Source: the human T2T-CHM13v2.0 reference genome, Homo sapiens
Assembly: GCF_009914755.1 (NCBI RefSeq)
Contig: NC_060934.1
Direction: 5' to 3' (one strand)
DNA: 64,000 nt
Shown one piece after another: positions 1-13,238 of the stretch. The notes beneath the pieces are model-generated. The model did no database searches. It worked only from the letters and a program-made list of their open reading frames with translations, and was not told where the DNA came from. Every line of letters starts with the position of its first letter. The first letter of the stretch is position 1. The position numbers were made by a program, and so were the translations under genes.

Positions 1-452
1 GAAGTCGCCAAGCTTAGCGTTTGGACCTGGGGGAAGGCTGAGCCTAGCGATTGGGCAGCACACAAGAGATGGTGCAAGGAAAATACATGCAGGGTGTTTT
101 GCAATTTGTACATCTCAGTTTGAAATGTCCATGACAGAATGTATGTCAGGTATGGTATCAACTCCAACTTACCGCTCCAGGAGTGGGAGGAAGGGAACAA
201 TTGGTTTGCTCCCTCACCTGCCTGTAGACCTCTCTAATTGTAGTTTCTTTTCTTGTGAGGTCTGTGTTGTTTGCTTGTATGGCCCTTGCACTATTTTTGT
301 TAGTATCATTTTGTGGACAGAGGAAGATAGTGGAAAGATTCCTGTTGGATATACCACTTTAGAGTTAACCTAGAGAAGTGCAAGTGGGGCCTAGTTCAAG
401 TGAGTGGAGAAGCAGGTAGTGAAAAGGACTGAAAACTTGGATGGAAATGTAA

Positions 453-829
<377 letters not shown>

Positions 830-3800
830 AGGCACATGTGTTTTTATGAGACAGGGTCCTGGAAAGGTTGGGGTCTACTGGGTCCTGCGGGTCCAGGTGA
901 GTTTTGTCAAGATGGAGAATTTAGGTCACCTCGGACAAGTGTCAATCTGGCTGAGCCATGCCTCTTACTGTTACTTGACAGCATCCTGTGTTCTCATCTT
1001 CTCTTGATGCCTCACACTGGGATCCCCTGGATGGAAGAGCCTGTCCTACTGGAGATAATGCCTGGCAAGTAGGTGTTCCATAAATGGTGGGCTGGGTAAG
1101 CTAATGACTAGAGCGTATCCTTTACACCATTTCTGTCCTCTGAAAATGCAACATTCATGGCCCTCAAAGTGTGACATGAGGACACTGCATGCAGCGCTGT
1201 GATATTATAGTGATGTGAGCATGGGCTCCGGTGCCAAATACCCACATAGCATCCTGCCCTCACTGGCTGCCTCACTCCCTGCAAGTGCCTCAACTCTGGG
1301 GCTGTGCTTTGTCATCTGTCCTGTGGGAAGCCTAATGTCACCTGGCAGTGTTGCTGGGAGGATTTGGCGTGTGCATGCAGGGCAGGGGGTGGCAAGTGCT
1401 CGGTGAGTGCTGGCTGCCGCCATCATCCTGACTGGTACCAGGCTCGGCTCAGCACCCTGGTGTACAGGTTCGTCAAGTCAAGCATCTGTCTCTCATGTCT
1501 CCTGGCATGGCAGCTATGTCTCTAGGCAAACATACCCAGAAGAGTTTGATGTGAACCAAGTGCTGTTGTTTCCCTCGATTTGATGTGTCACAAGGAAAAG
1601 ATATTCTAGAACCTGAAGCCCACCCCCACCCACCACCAGTGTGCAGCTGAACCAATGAACCCACGTGCTGACCCCGAGGCTCCCCATCCCCATGGCCACT
1701 GCCACAGCCACCACCAGGCCTGGGCCCAGAAAAGTGCTCTACTCCTCAGTCCCTTGTCTCCTTTTACCACAGACCCTGCCCCTTGTCTCCTTTTACCACA
1801 GTGGACAGACATTTATCAAAAGCTCACTGAAAGAAGGGAAAGAGGAAATAATTATAGAAAAACACGTCTCTACCAGGCATTTTGGGCCAGCTGCTGCTGG
1901 TTTACTAAACTGGTGAGCTTTTTAACCAGCTGTGGCCTGAGTGCAGGGGCTTGGGATTTATGAAACCATTGGGTTAAGACCCAATGCCCAGATAGCATAG
2001 AGATTTAGCTGTCTTGGAGTGGGGTCATCAAGCCAGCTTGTCACATGCGGCAGGGGCAGGATGCGCATCTGGGCAGGCGGGCTCTGAAGTCTTTGCTTGG
2101 AAACTGCTGTGTTCTGCTTGAGAAGCTTTATGGGAATAAAAACGTCTTCTGCACAAAAGCTGGGGGATGCTATGTAAGGTAATCATGTTTGGCATTTTTC
2201 AGGACTTCTCAAAGACCGCTGTGCATTCCTATGAACCTGCCTGCAGCTCTCTCCCTGTCATTTGGGTCATTCGCAGCAGTGTACAGACATGCTCAAGAGT
2301 TCCCATCTTTCAAAAGCTTTCTCTTTCCCCTTCCATTATCAAAATGGAAGTCAATTCATGTGAGTTAATGTAAAGCTCTCAAACGCTTTCCTATTTCCCT
2401 TAGAATAAAAATAACCTCTCACCATGGGCGATAGGCCCTCAGAGTATCTGGCCCCTGCTAGGCTTTTCATGACCCCATCCTACCCTACCCCACTTCTTCA
2501 CAGACTGCAACACATTGTGAGACCCCTGTGCTCAAGTGTTGCGGGGCTTGCTTTGGGAGACAGAAGTAGTAGCAATGTGGCTGGTAGAAAAGGATGGCAA
2601 TCCTGGTGCAAGTGGGGGTTCTTGGTGGAGGCAGGAGTAAGGAGACACAGCAGCAGTGTGTGGCAATGTCACAGCTGCTTAGCTAGGAACTCAAGACACC
2701 CGTGAGAGAATTACTTAGGATACTGGGAGGGCTCTGCAGGGGCCTGGGGTTCTGCATCAAAAGGAGAAGGAGAGAGTCCGGGAAATGTTGTTACTGACTC
2801 CATTTTTACCCACAGACCAGGGAAACATGGATATATGGGTTCCATTCCGAAATTCCTTCAGGAATAAGATTCATTCCTGGTCCATCACTCAAAAGCCAAT
2901 TAAGACAAGGAATCTTCCTTTTCTTTCTATTTCTGTTTCTCACACACACATACCCATAAAATTGTATTTTAACTTTAAAGAACATGTGCATTCATTTGTT
3001 ATTCTTTTAACATAAGACAACTCTTTGTTTTTTTAGTGAGACATTCACAATTTCCAGTATTTCTTTAAAGTCAAACACAAGTTTTACGACACTGTTGAAG
3101 TATTCTGAGAGCAGAATCCCAGATTCTTCCCATTTCTCGCTATTGCATGTTTCACTCATCCATGCTTAATTTGACAATATTTTTTAGCAACGTGCCTCTA
3201 CTGAGTCTGTCTAAAGCATTCTAGGGTTTCGATGAATCAATTCCCTACCTTTTCATGTTCATAATTCATGTAATTCATGAGTCTACTTCATATTAAATGA
3301 TGTAATTACAATAACAAGTACAATGGGAATCTGTCAGTTTGGGACCAGGTTCAGCAAATGTAACTCAATTGAGAGAAGTGGGTAGTGGTGGGGATACTAG
3401 AGCCCCCGCGACAGGTCAGCCTCTGTCACTCAGTGTGCCTGACAGTCAAGTCAGATGTTTTACAGATAAGATGCCCAGTGCTGGTTACACAGAGATTGGA
3501 GAACAGAACTGAATAATCATGCCAATTCATTTTGAGATAAGAATGCCATTTGCAGATCCTACTTAGCCAACAGGTGGCAGATGTGGCTCAGGCATTCATG
3601 AGCTCCTATCCCTACTGGGGACTCAGCAGGAGCCTAAGCCTTTGCCAGGATTAATGGTTGAGACAGACAGACAAGCTTCCTTTCATCATGGGAAACCCAT
3701 TTCAGTCTCCTCTGCTCCTTTGATAGCCTGGTGGCATTTTCTCTCCAGGTCAAAAATCAGCAGAATTCCATAGCTGTGGCGAGAAAACTCAACAGGGTCA

Positions 3801-5109
3801 TCAGGACGCACTGCTGTTCCCACCCAATTTCTCCAAGCCTCCGTTTCTCCTCTGAATATGGATAATAGGGCCAATTTTCTACTTCACTGCATTGCTGTGA
3901 GGACTCAAAGTCACCTCCTATTCTCTTCTCTCTCCTTGAGTAGAGGGGAGGGTAGCATCTCAACACCAGGGAAAAATCCCATCACCCAGACGGCTGGCTC
4001 GCGTGTCAGTGGCCGAGCAAAGACAGACGCCACTCTCCCCAGCCCCTCCTGAGCTCCGGCATCCAGACCTTGATGCTGCTGAGGGCCCTGAGCAGGTGCC
4101 CGCCTCCTGGTGGACGAGCCCCTGGTAGCTGCCTGGAGACAATGGGTAGCTGGCCACACTGTGGGAGCTGCCCTGCCTGCCTCACCCTGCGGGCCTGCCT
4201 TCCTGGCAGGAAGCCAGCATTTCCTGGGAGCACTGAGCCCCTGGCATTTAAAGCATCAGATGTGGGCAACATTTATACCTGACTCTAGATGGAGCTCGTT
4301 GGGCCTGAGTGACATTTCTAGAGGCTGTGGTCAGAAACTGGGCGCTCTGGTGACCACTGCTCCCTGAACAAACCCCTGCAGGTTACTGCTCAGGGGCAGC
4401 AAGGGGCCAGCCACACATCAGGACACCGTGAGGGGAGCAGGTGAAGACAGTGGTCTGACACTGCTGGTCCCAGAGGCGCTGCTGTGCTGCCTCCTGAAGC
4501 ACAGTCCAGGAGCTCCAGCTGGGCCTGGCCTGGGTGCCCTGTGGGTGGGAAAGGCTTTCTGGAGGGATTTGCCCTAATGGAGCCTTCAAGTCTGTGGATA
4601 AGCCAGAGGAGGGGGGTGAACAGCAGGGAAGCGGGGGCTGGAAGGGAGCTGGGCACGCGCCCAGAGTGAGGCATAGGCACCTGGAGTACGGTGAACAGAC
4701 GTTTCCCATGGCCTTGGCTCAGCCCTCCTGTAGAGTGGCCACACTTGCCCACACCTCGCCCAAGCACAGCATCTGTGCTGGGTGCCCACTCAGGCTCTGG
4801 CCCTGGAGCAGAGCTAGGGCCATGGTGGAAAGCCCAGGGGACCTCCCAAGACAGAAACTAGCTGCAGAGGTCCAGATGGCTACGGGGCGGGGGGAGTAAA
4901 GAAAGGCATCCCACCTGGAACATGCAGACGAGACAGCTGAAAGCACAAGGCTGTTGCCCCTTGGGGGGCTTCACGTCCCACTTCACAATGCCTGTGCTAT
5001 TCCACCCAGGGGCATACCTCAGGGGGCTCCTAGCCCTTGGAGAAACAGGAGTGGTCCTGTATTGTGTCCTGTATTGCGAGGCATGAAAAATGAGCCAGGT
5101 AACAAGGCA

Positions 5110-5467
5110 CCATGCTTTGTGAGCACATTTAATAAAGAAAGCTGACTGTTCCCGGTGGCTGCCTGGATCCTGGGCGCCCTCCATTTCTGTGGCCATGAAG
5201 GATATTTCCTGGGTAAGGGCTAAGCGCTACTCTTGGTACCGTCCCCTTCTGACCCTCACCAGGAACTGCATGGTTGGAGCAGCATCTGATCCCACCTGGA
5301 GTGTGTGGGGTCCCAAAAGTCCCCACAGTCCCCACAGAGGTATCAGGATCTCTCTCTCTCCAGCTGGCTCCAGAGTGCCTGGCTGCTCCAGAGATACAGA
5401 CGCTTCTAACTCCATACAAGGCTGGAGACCAGCAGATGTGGTACAGAAGTGAGCTCTGCCATTCCTT
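5110..5467 (-). other. ARHGAP22: ARHGAP22 3'UTR
   Basis: Between the stop codon and the ATTAAA signal; cleavage site estimated ~15-25 nt downstream of the hexamer. Confidence 0.75.
5128..5133 (-). terminator. Polyadenylation signal ATTAAA
   Basis: Plus-strand tttaat; followed on the minus strand by CA dinucleotides and GU/U-rich tggtgccttgtt...atttttc. Confidence 0.75.
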
Positions 5468-5696
5468 TTACTTTGGGGCCCTGGCACCTTTTGCCCCAAC
5501 AGTCAAGCTTCCTAGGGTCGAAAAAAACTCCTCCATTTCCCTCTGCAACAGCTGGTTCCTCCTCTCCGCATCCTCCCGCGCCCGTTCAGAGTTCCGCAGC
5601 TTTATTTCCAGCATGATGTATTTTTTCTTTTCCTGGTCCAGTTCTTCTTCTAACCGGGACATTCGTTTTCTCAGGTCAGCACTCCCTTCTTCGATT
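5468..5696 (-). CDS. ARHGAP22: ARHGAP22 last coding exon (exon 10): coiled coil [26 protein letters not shown]...GAKGARAPK*
   Basis: Acceptor gacttttcag|A, phase 2 matches exon 9; TAA stop at 5468-5470; heptad-rich E/K/R/L sequence. Confidence 0.96.
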
Positions 5697-8600
5697 CTGA
5701 AAAGTCAAGGAGAGATGCTGTTTGAGACTCTGCGGGCCAGGTTCACTGTCCCATGGGTATACCATGCTTGTGCTCACTGTGGGTTGAGGGGTCAGGCCAA
5801 GCCATGGCGGCAGGAGGAAACCCTGGCTCATCTGCTCCTCACAAGAACCCCAGTACTTCACCCATGAGCAAATTGCCCCCTGCCATAGCTCCCCTAGCTC
5901 CTCTGGGCCTGTGATCCCGAAATGCCAACACAATGATCCATGCCTTCGGTGCCTCCCTGGGTCCGCATTTGCCCCTCCAGTGCAGTATGGGATCCCTGCC
6001 AGCTGGTAGGAACAGTACAGGCCCCTGCATGGGGAGGGTTGGGACTCGGACTGTCCCCTGGCCTTTGCTCCTGTGCTGTGGCCTCCCCTCCCACAGCTCC
6101 CTGCAGCTCCCCACACTGTCCCCATGATCCAGCCACACGTGGTGACCCACAGAAGATCCTGTGGGGTAGTCACTTCCCTTCCTGCTCGCCCGTCATGTTC
6201 AGCTCAAGCGCCCCCTCCATGATGCTACTTCCTGTGATCCTCCCCAGCAGGTCACAATGGTGCTCCTCTGTGCCACCAGAGCCTATACCACACGCTTCCA
6301 TGCAGGCTCATGCTGCAGTGTGCCAAGGTTGGCATGGCCATCTTTTTGACCAGACAACCAGCTTCTGTCTTTCCGAAGGGACACACCTGAGCCCAGACCC
6401 TGGGAACATATGCTGGATTTTAATGCCCAGCCTGGTGACCTCTGAGCCACATGGCTGTGGACAGGACACAAGCCACAGTGAAATGCAGAGGGTAACTGCT
6501 CCTCAGAGCACTGGTAACCATGGACTGGAACATGCCAGGGGCCAGCACAGCACCTGGTACGTGGTGCATGATGAATAAACACGGATTCCTCAACCCACCA
6601 AAACGAAGCCTCCATCCTCATCACTGAGCTTGAAGCACGGCCTGAGCCCTCCCTACCAGGATCACAGACAGCTGTCAGAGAGAAGCCACCCACCTCCCCA
6701 CTGCTGCCCCTGGCTCGGGCCTGGACCTCCCCTCTTCCTTCTCTGTCAGGCTCAAGACTCCAAGCCCCAACTACACGCTGATGACCCTGCACCATTTCAT
6801 CAGCATCTCTGACTTAAAGGGTCCTGACCCTCATCTCCAGACCACTCTTCCGCAGCCCTGGTGCACTCTTGGTGAACACCTTCCCTCAGCTGCTCAGCTG
6901 AACAATGATGTCCTCCCCTAAGTCCATTCTTTTTCTCGGTCCCATATCTGATCAGTTAGCAAAACCTTTTGGCTCTACCTTCAAAATATGCTCAGCACCT
7001 GGCCGCTTCCCCCACCTCCACCTGCTGCCCCATAGGGCCACACCCCCCATAGGTCAGGCCTAGACCCCCACACCTCCTAACTGGTCTGTTCTGCCCTTGT
7101 CCCCTGGCAAGCTCTGCTCGGCATGGCACCCAGGTGCACCTGTCAAAGTGCCCAATGTGCCAAGACCCTCCAGCGGCTTCTCACTTCATTCTCATCTCAC
7201 TCCACGAAAAACCAGAGCATTGCCCAGGCCAAAAGGCCCCACCCATTGCCCCCTCCCCACACATCTCCAGTCCCCAGCCCCTGACTCTCCCCCACTACAG
7301 GGGTCTTGGGGTCAGTGCTGGCTGCAGCTCTGGGGTCTCCTTCCCAGGGCCCTCCAACCTTCTACCCTGAGGCTCCTCTCCGCTCCCCTCCATGCTGCTC
7401 TATGTTCCCCTCCTTCATCTCCCTTCTAACACACCGTGTATTTTTAAAAATGTATCGTGCTTATGGTCTTTGTCTCCCTGCAACCCAAATAAGAATGGGG
7501 ACAGAGATTTTGATCAGTTTTCACCCCAACTGTGGCCACCTGCACAGCATCTGGTACTTCACAGAAAACAGGTTCTCTTTTGGGAATGCACGAAGGAAGG
7601 CTGACTTCCCAGCAGGGCCCTGGGGAGGGGCTCTGACCAGAGTCCTGGGAGCCAGGACAAGGCCAGCCTCACCCCACCCCCCACCCGATGGCCCATACTT
7701 CCAGAGAACAGGACACACATTCCCCAATCACCTGCTGGACGGGACAGGTGCTAATGCCCTCACCTTCCTTCCTGTGCTCAGAGACCTTCCTCACTCTAGA
7801 CCCTCCCTCTAACCAAGACAACGACCCAGACCACTCTGCTAGCGAGTACAGTCCCTCCACAAGGGCTACCACTGCTATCCCTTTTCCTCTGGGAACCTCA
7901 TCTTACCTCCAGCCACCAGGCAGGAGTCAATGCGAGCAGCAAAGTTTCCCGAGCGCTCTCATCCACTGTGAGTCACTTAATACTCAGGACAAATGGGTGA
8001 GGTCACTGGGGCCCAAAGATCCTGCCAGGGACACTCAGCCAATCCCTGGTGGAGCTGGGACTAGAATCCAAGTAGTCTGACCTGGAGTCAAAGAGCCCTG
8101 CATCTCCCTTGAGAAACCAGGCCTCAGAGCAGGCCAGAGGAGCTCCAGGCACTCAGCACACAACTGGCGCAGCTGGTCCAGCCCAGCCTTCTGCATGGAC
8201 AGCCTTCTGTATGGTAAGAGTTCCCATGTACCCTGTAGTTTGGTCTGTGAGCTCATCTGCAGCAGATAGCATCTTCTACTATATTTCTGGAGGCCCTTGG
8301 GTTCTACTGATGCTATTTCCTTTCTCGGCTCCATCCTATGGGTCCTTCCAGCCCTGGCTCAGGCACTGCCTGCTGTGACTTCCCCCATGGCAGAGGCCTC
8401 TGCCCTCAAGGTCCCTCTCCTTCTCTTCCTTTTGCAGACATGGTGCCTGTACATGCCTGGCACTCTCCATCACCCAGGGAACAGCTGTCAGCAGAGCAAA
8501 AGGGCAAGGGCTGCCATTCCAGCTCCCAGTGGAAATCACAGGCTCAGAGTGGGCAGCAGGAATGCCTTCCACCTCCATCCACTGCCTCTAATGGATAAAG

Positions 8601-9337
8601 GAATTCCCTGCTAGTGGGTGGGACCCAGGTGAACAGGTCGGCCAGCTAACGGGGACCTGCAGCCAGAGGGACCAAGGAGTCTGAGATGCTGAGGGAAACG
8701 CCCTGCGCTGGAGAACCTGGTCTCCAGGAGCTGAGGTTCCTCACTGCAGAGGGCAACCCCGGTCCTCATGGGAGGCTGGAACTCTGGCCCTCTGTTAGTG
8801 AGATTGTAAGCCTCAGGGTGCAGCACAACCATCCTGTGACAAGGGCGGGCACGAGGGCTTGGTTCAGCAGGGAAACTGGATTCTGATCCCATCAAGGAAG
8901 GGGTCCTCACTTCCAGCCTGGCTGACCTGGGGCCTGGGCACTTCCTGGCACTCAGCATCCAGGCTATGAGCCCTTGTACTGGGACAAGCCTGGGACCTGC
9001 CTCCAGGGGCCGCCCCCTCCCTGGCTGCAGACTGCACACTGACTCTGTTTCCACCCCTGCAGCAAAGGTCCCCGGCAGGCTGGGCAGGCATTCCCACTTG
9101 CGTGGAGTCAGCAGGCCTCTGCAGCGCTGACTGCGTGCCAGACTGACTGCGTGCCAGACTGACTGTGTGCCAAGTCTGCCAGTCCTAGGGCTTTCCCAGA
9201 GCTAGGATTCCCCTCTCTGAGGCTGGCTTCCAGGGCCAGCGGCCCAGAGGTTAGGGGCCGACGCCCATGTGCCAAGAGCACAGCTCTCCCTGCAGGCTCC
9301 GCCCCGTCACAGGAGGCTCCACGGGGCAGCAAGTTAC

Positions 9338-10217
9338 CTTTTCACACTCCTCTCGTACTCAGTCCGCTGGCGGCACAGCTCGGCCCTGAGCTCAGTGACC
9401 AGCCCCTGTAAGGCCTCGGAGCGGCGCGCGTGTTCCCGGGTGGGGCTGTCCGGCTCGCTGGGCTCGCTGTTGCTGGCACCCGCGCCCGCCTCGTCCATGC
9501 TGTGGTCCAGGTCCAGGGACTTGGGGTCCTCGCTGCTGCTGGGGAGCGGGGAGGGCTCCAGGGCCCAGTCGGTGTGCAGGGAACTGCGGGCAGACGAGTC
9601 GCTGGCGCGGCAGGCCGTGCAGCTGCTGAGTGAGCCCCCCACCGACGACTCGCTGGACGAGGCCCCGGACCACGCCATACTGGCCACGCTGGGTATGCCG
9701 GGGACCAGGCCCGGCGCGGGCACATTGTCGTAGGTGGAGAGTCTCTGCACGGAGCCCGAGTCCTTGAGCCGGTCTCCCGACGAGGCCCGGCGGTGTCCGC
9801 GCAGGGAGGACAGCCCGTTCATAAGCCAGTTCCCGCCGGAGGAGATGATGGGCACCTCCAGGGATGAGCCGCCCCCCTTCGGGCTTCCCGATAGGGACCT
9901 CGGCTGCCGGAAGGAGGACTTCCAACTGGGCAGGGTCTGCACCTTCTTCCCAGGGCTGCACCGGCTCCCCGGCCCCGTGGGGGCTGTTCTGGAGAGCACC
10001 GCCACGGCCGCCCCGTCCAGGGAAGAGGTCCTGTGCGCGGGCAGGCCGGGGCCGCCGGGCTCTCCTTGGCTGTCCCTGGTGACCTCCTCGGAGCCCCACC
10101 CCACTGCGCATTGCAGGCCCCCGCGCGGGGAGGTGGGCCCTTCCGGGACCGGTGCCGTGAAGAGCTGGCTGTGTTTGCGGATGAGGACGGTCATCAGGTG
10201 CTGGACGAGGGAAGTGC
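9338..10217 (-). CDS. ARHGAP22: ARHGAP22 exon 9 (880 nt): end of GAP domain, Ser/Pro/Gly-rich linker ([19 protein letters not shown]), start of coiled coil
   Basis: Acceptor cttcccggcag|GC, donor AAAAG|gtaact; CpG-rich; within ORF 9334..10734. Confidence 0.96.
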
Positions 10218-10694
10218 CTGCCGGGAAGAGAGGCGGAGAAGGGCCTTGCTGCCAGCCACTCGGCCCAGGCTCGCTCTGCCAGTCATGGAGAAGCTGCAGC
10301 TTCGTGGGAGCTGGCCCTGTCCCCAGAGCCAGGCCGCCCCTCAAGGGAGCCTTCATCCGCCCAGAGGAAAGGACCACACACCCTCCAACTCCAGGCAGGA
10401 CAGCAGGATGGGGCCGCAGAACCGCCTTCCTCAGGCACAGAGCCGCAAGCAGGGAGGAAGCACTGTGCCTGCGCTCACGCCCTCCAGCTGGGGTGGGGTG
10501 AGGAAGCAGGCACCAAGGCTGCACGGTGAGCAGGTGGCAGGTTGGAACTGGAACCTGGGACCTGAGATGCCAGAACTCTCTCGGCTGCCCCATGTCACCC
10601 CTCTGTGCTGCTGACAACTGCCATGCCTGAATGTCCACACTCTGGGAGCATAGGGCTCTGGGACAGGGAACAGAGCCATCTTTCCTGTGTGGGG

Positions 10695-11170
10695 GCACAC
10701 ACATACAATTGCACACACAATGCACCCCGCCCACCCCCTAAAATACCCCCCACAATCACACGTACAATGCACCCCATCCACCCCCAAAGTCCCACACACA
10801 CACACAACTGGACAATGCACCCACCCAGCCTCCCCAAATCCCCCAACACACAATCGCACATACAATGCCCACTCCCGAAAATCCCACACACATAAAATTA
10901 CACACACAATGCACTCTACCCAGTTTCCCCAAAGCCCCTACACACACACAAGTGAACACACAAATCCCCTACCCAGCCTCCCCAAATCCCCCCATACAGA
11001 ATCGCACAATGAACCCCACCCACTGCCCAAAATCTGCCACACACAATTGCACACACAATGCACCCTCCGCAGCCTCCCCAAATTCCCCCATACACAACTG
11101 CACACATAGTGCACCCTGCTCACCCCCCAGAATCCCACATACATATAATCTCGCACACACACAATCCCCC
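10695..11170. repeat. Degenerate CA/C-rich minisatellite (~45-55 bp unit, ~9-10 copies)
   Basis: Recurring cacacaattgcacacacaatgcaccc...cagcctccccaaatcccc. Confidence 0.85.
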
Positions 11171-12380
11171 GTGTCTAGGCCAAGGCCCCTGAGATGCAGC
11201 CCCCAGTCCTGGGGACTCAGTTCCTACGGTGGTGGGGTGGGGGCCTGCAGCGGAGGTGGGCAGTGCAGGAAGGACCAGGGCATCTATCCAGCTGCCTCAT
11301 TCCCTCCTGCCACCCTCACCACAAAGGCCAGACGCTAGGAGGTCCCCCGGTAGGAGGGAGGGCTGAGTGCCAGGGTGGACTCTCCCACTGAAGTTGACTA
11401 GGAATCCTGGAAGAAGTCAAGGAAGGAATTCTGAGGCCAAGAACCTAGGTGAAGCAGGAACTCCATGAAGCAGGCAGGGCAGGCCTCCTCCCTCAAGCAT
11501 CTGTACCACCAGGCAGGTAGGAGCTTGTGTTTTCCTGGCCTCAAGGGGCCCTGGGGTGGGAGACCCAGCCAGGGCTGACCAAAGTGCGGACTTGAGCAAA
11601 AGCACTCCGCCACGTCCCTCAACATGGGATAAGGGCAAGAACAGCCTCAGCTGTGGGCTTCCTGTCTGAGCAGCACGTCTCTCATGCATACTCCACTGGG
11701 GACAGTGTTCCATGGGCCCTATGAGGTGGGCTGTCTTTTCTATGGCAGCCTACACCTGTGCCCTTTGCTAAGTCTGGCTGACTGGCCTCTGGTGAGTCCC
11801 CTCGCCTCTCTTGGCCTCAGTTTCCTCATCTGTAAAGTGGGGGCGATTACCACAGCACAGGCTGGTTGTAAAGCCTGAAATGAGATGATACAAACAAAGC
11901 ACTTGGTAGAAGCTTACTGAAAGCGGCTGCTGTTGCTGCTATTTTTAATCACTTATTGTTATTTATCATAGAGAAATTCTCCAGGGTTTGCAAAGCTGAC
12001 ATCCAGGAACCTATGACAATTGCTTAATTGTAAAAGAAAAGCAAACATGTCTGTGTTCAAGGGCAAAAGTGCTGACCTCTCCCATCCCTCCAGCCTCTTC
12101 CATCCACAGAAACCCCTGGCTATTCTAATTGCACCCAGTGACCTGCTGCTGCCCATCGCAGGGCAAAGTTCCTTTTTTATCTTATAGCTGAACCTCATGG
12201 GGGTCGGGGGTGAGGTCTGCAGAAGTTCCTGCCAAGTCCCCAGAGATGGAGATGTGCCACCTGAGCCACCCCTCCTGCTGGCCTGGCCCTGGGCTGGGAT
12301 GGTTCCAAGGACTTGCCGTGGACCAAGATGAGCCCAGACCCCGGCAGCACCCAGGGCCACCAGGTACACCTCCCGCTTAC

Positions 12381-12502
12381 CTTCCATGATGGTTACTGGG
12401 TCCTCTACCTGTGGCCGCAGAATGTTAGGTCCAAAAACGGTTGCCAGATTCTGGACACTCATCTTGTTGACATTTGAGTATGCCTGAACTTCATCCAGAA
12501 AC
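12381..12502 (-). CDS. ARHGAP22: ARHGAP22 exon 8 (122 nt): [40 protein letters not shown]
   Basis: Acceptor tactttgcag|G, donor GAAG|gtaagc; RhoGAP motif NKM...[11 protein letters not shown]. Confidence 0.97.
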
Positions 12503-13164
12503 CTGCAAAGTAAGGAAGCAGCAGTCATCAAAGAAGCAAGTTGTGATGCCCAGTCTCCTGTGTGCGGCCTGGACGCACCGCCACACCCCTGCTGAGCCCT
12601 GCTGCCTGTGGGCTTTTGCCCACTGGGTGTAGCCTGCCTCTGCCAGGCTCGATGAGGGAAGGCTTCCCCTGGGGCCCAAGAGGGCCATCAGAAGTAAAGG
12701 TCACTGGGACAAGGGCCCACCGCTATTTGTGTGAAAGGAGGACAAGACTCTGCAAATTGTAGTGGGCACAAATTCTGGGAAGTCCCAGACCCCAGTCAGC
12801 GCCGCCCCTGCATTCCCCTTCTCAGTGTCTAGGATGGGGATACATGAAGGGTTGGGGTCAAGGGGCAGATGCCGGGGGGACAGGATGGCAAGAGGCACCC
12901 AGGAGGGACAGAGGGTATGTCCCTTCTGGAATTATCTACCCAGGTCTGTTTAAAACCAGCTGCTCCCATGGGACTGTAAGCTTCGTGAACTCAGGGTCTG
13001 TGCCTTTCCACTCCCTGCTTCGTCCACGCTGGGTTGAGGCTGTGCAGGGTGGGGAATGACCCGGGCCCCCCTCTGACAAGGAAGAGTTGCGTGTCTCGCT
13101 GTGGGGTTGGGGGAGCGTGGAGCCAGTGCAGGAAAGTGTGGTTCCCTCCTGCCAAGCCGCTTAC

Positions 13165-13238
13165 TTGCAGATGTATCTGAGCAGGTTGTAATTTGCCTGA
13201 GGAAGGTTGCTCACTTGTTTAGCCAACTCCAGAGTGCC
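13165..13238 (-). CDS. ARHGAP22: ARHGAP22 exon 7 (74 nt): [25 protein letters not shown]
   Basis: Acceptor cttcattcctaag|GGC, donor TGCAA|gtaagc; phases 0 and 2 match the neighbouring exons. Confidence 0.96.

Noticed and set aside
9269-10501. Plus-strand ORFs of 154 and 255 aa antisense to exon 9
   Set aside because: Mirror frame of a GC-rich coding exon; non-ATG starts, no recognisable domain.
10695-11170. Repeat-spacer-like periodicity resembling a CRISPR array
   Set aside because: Degenerate eukaryotic minisatellite without constant repeats, unique spacers or cas genes.
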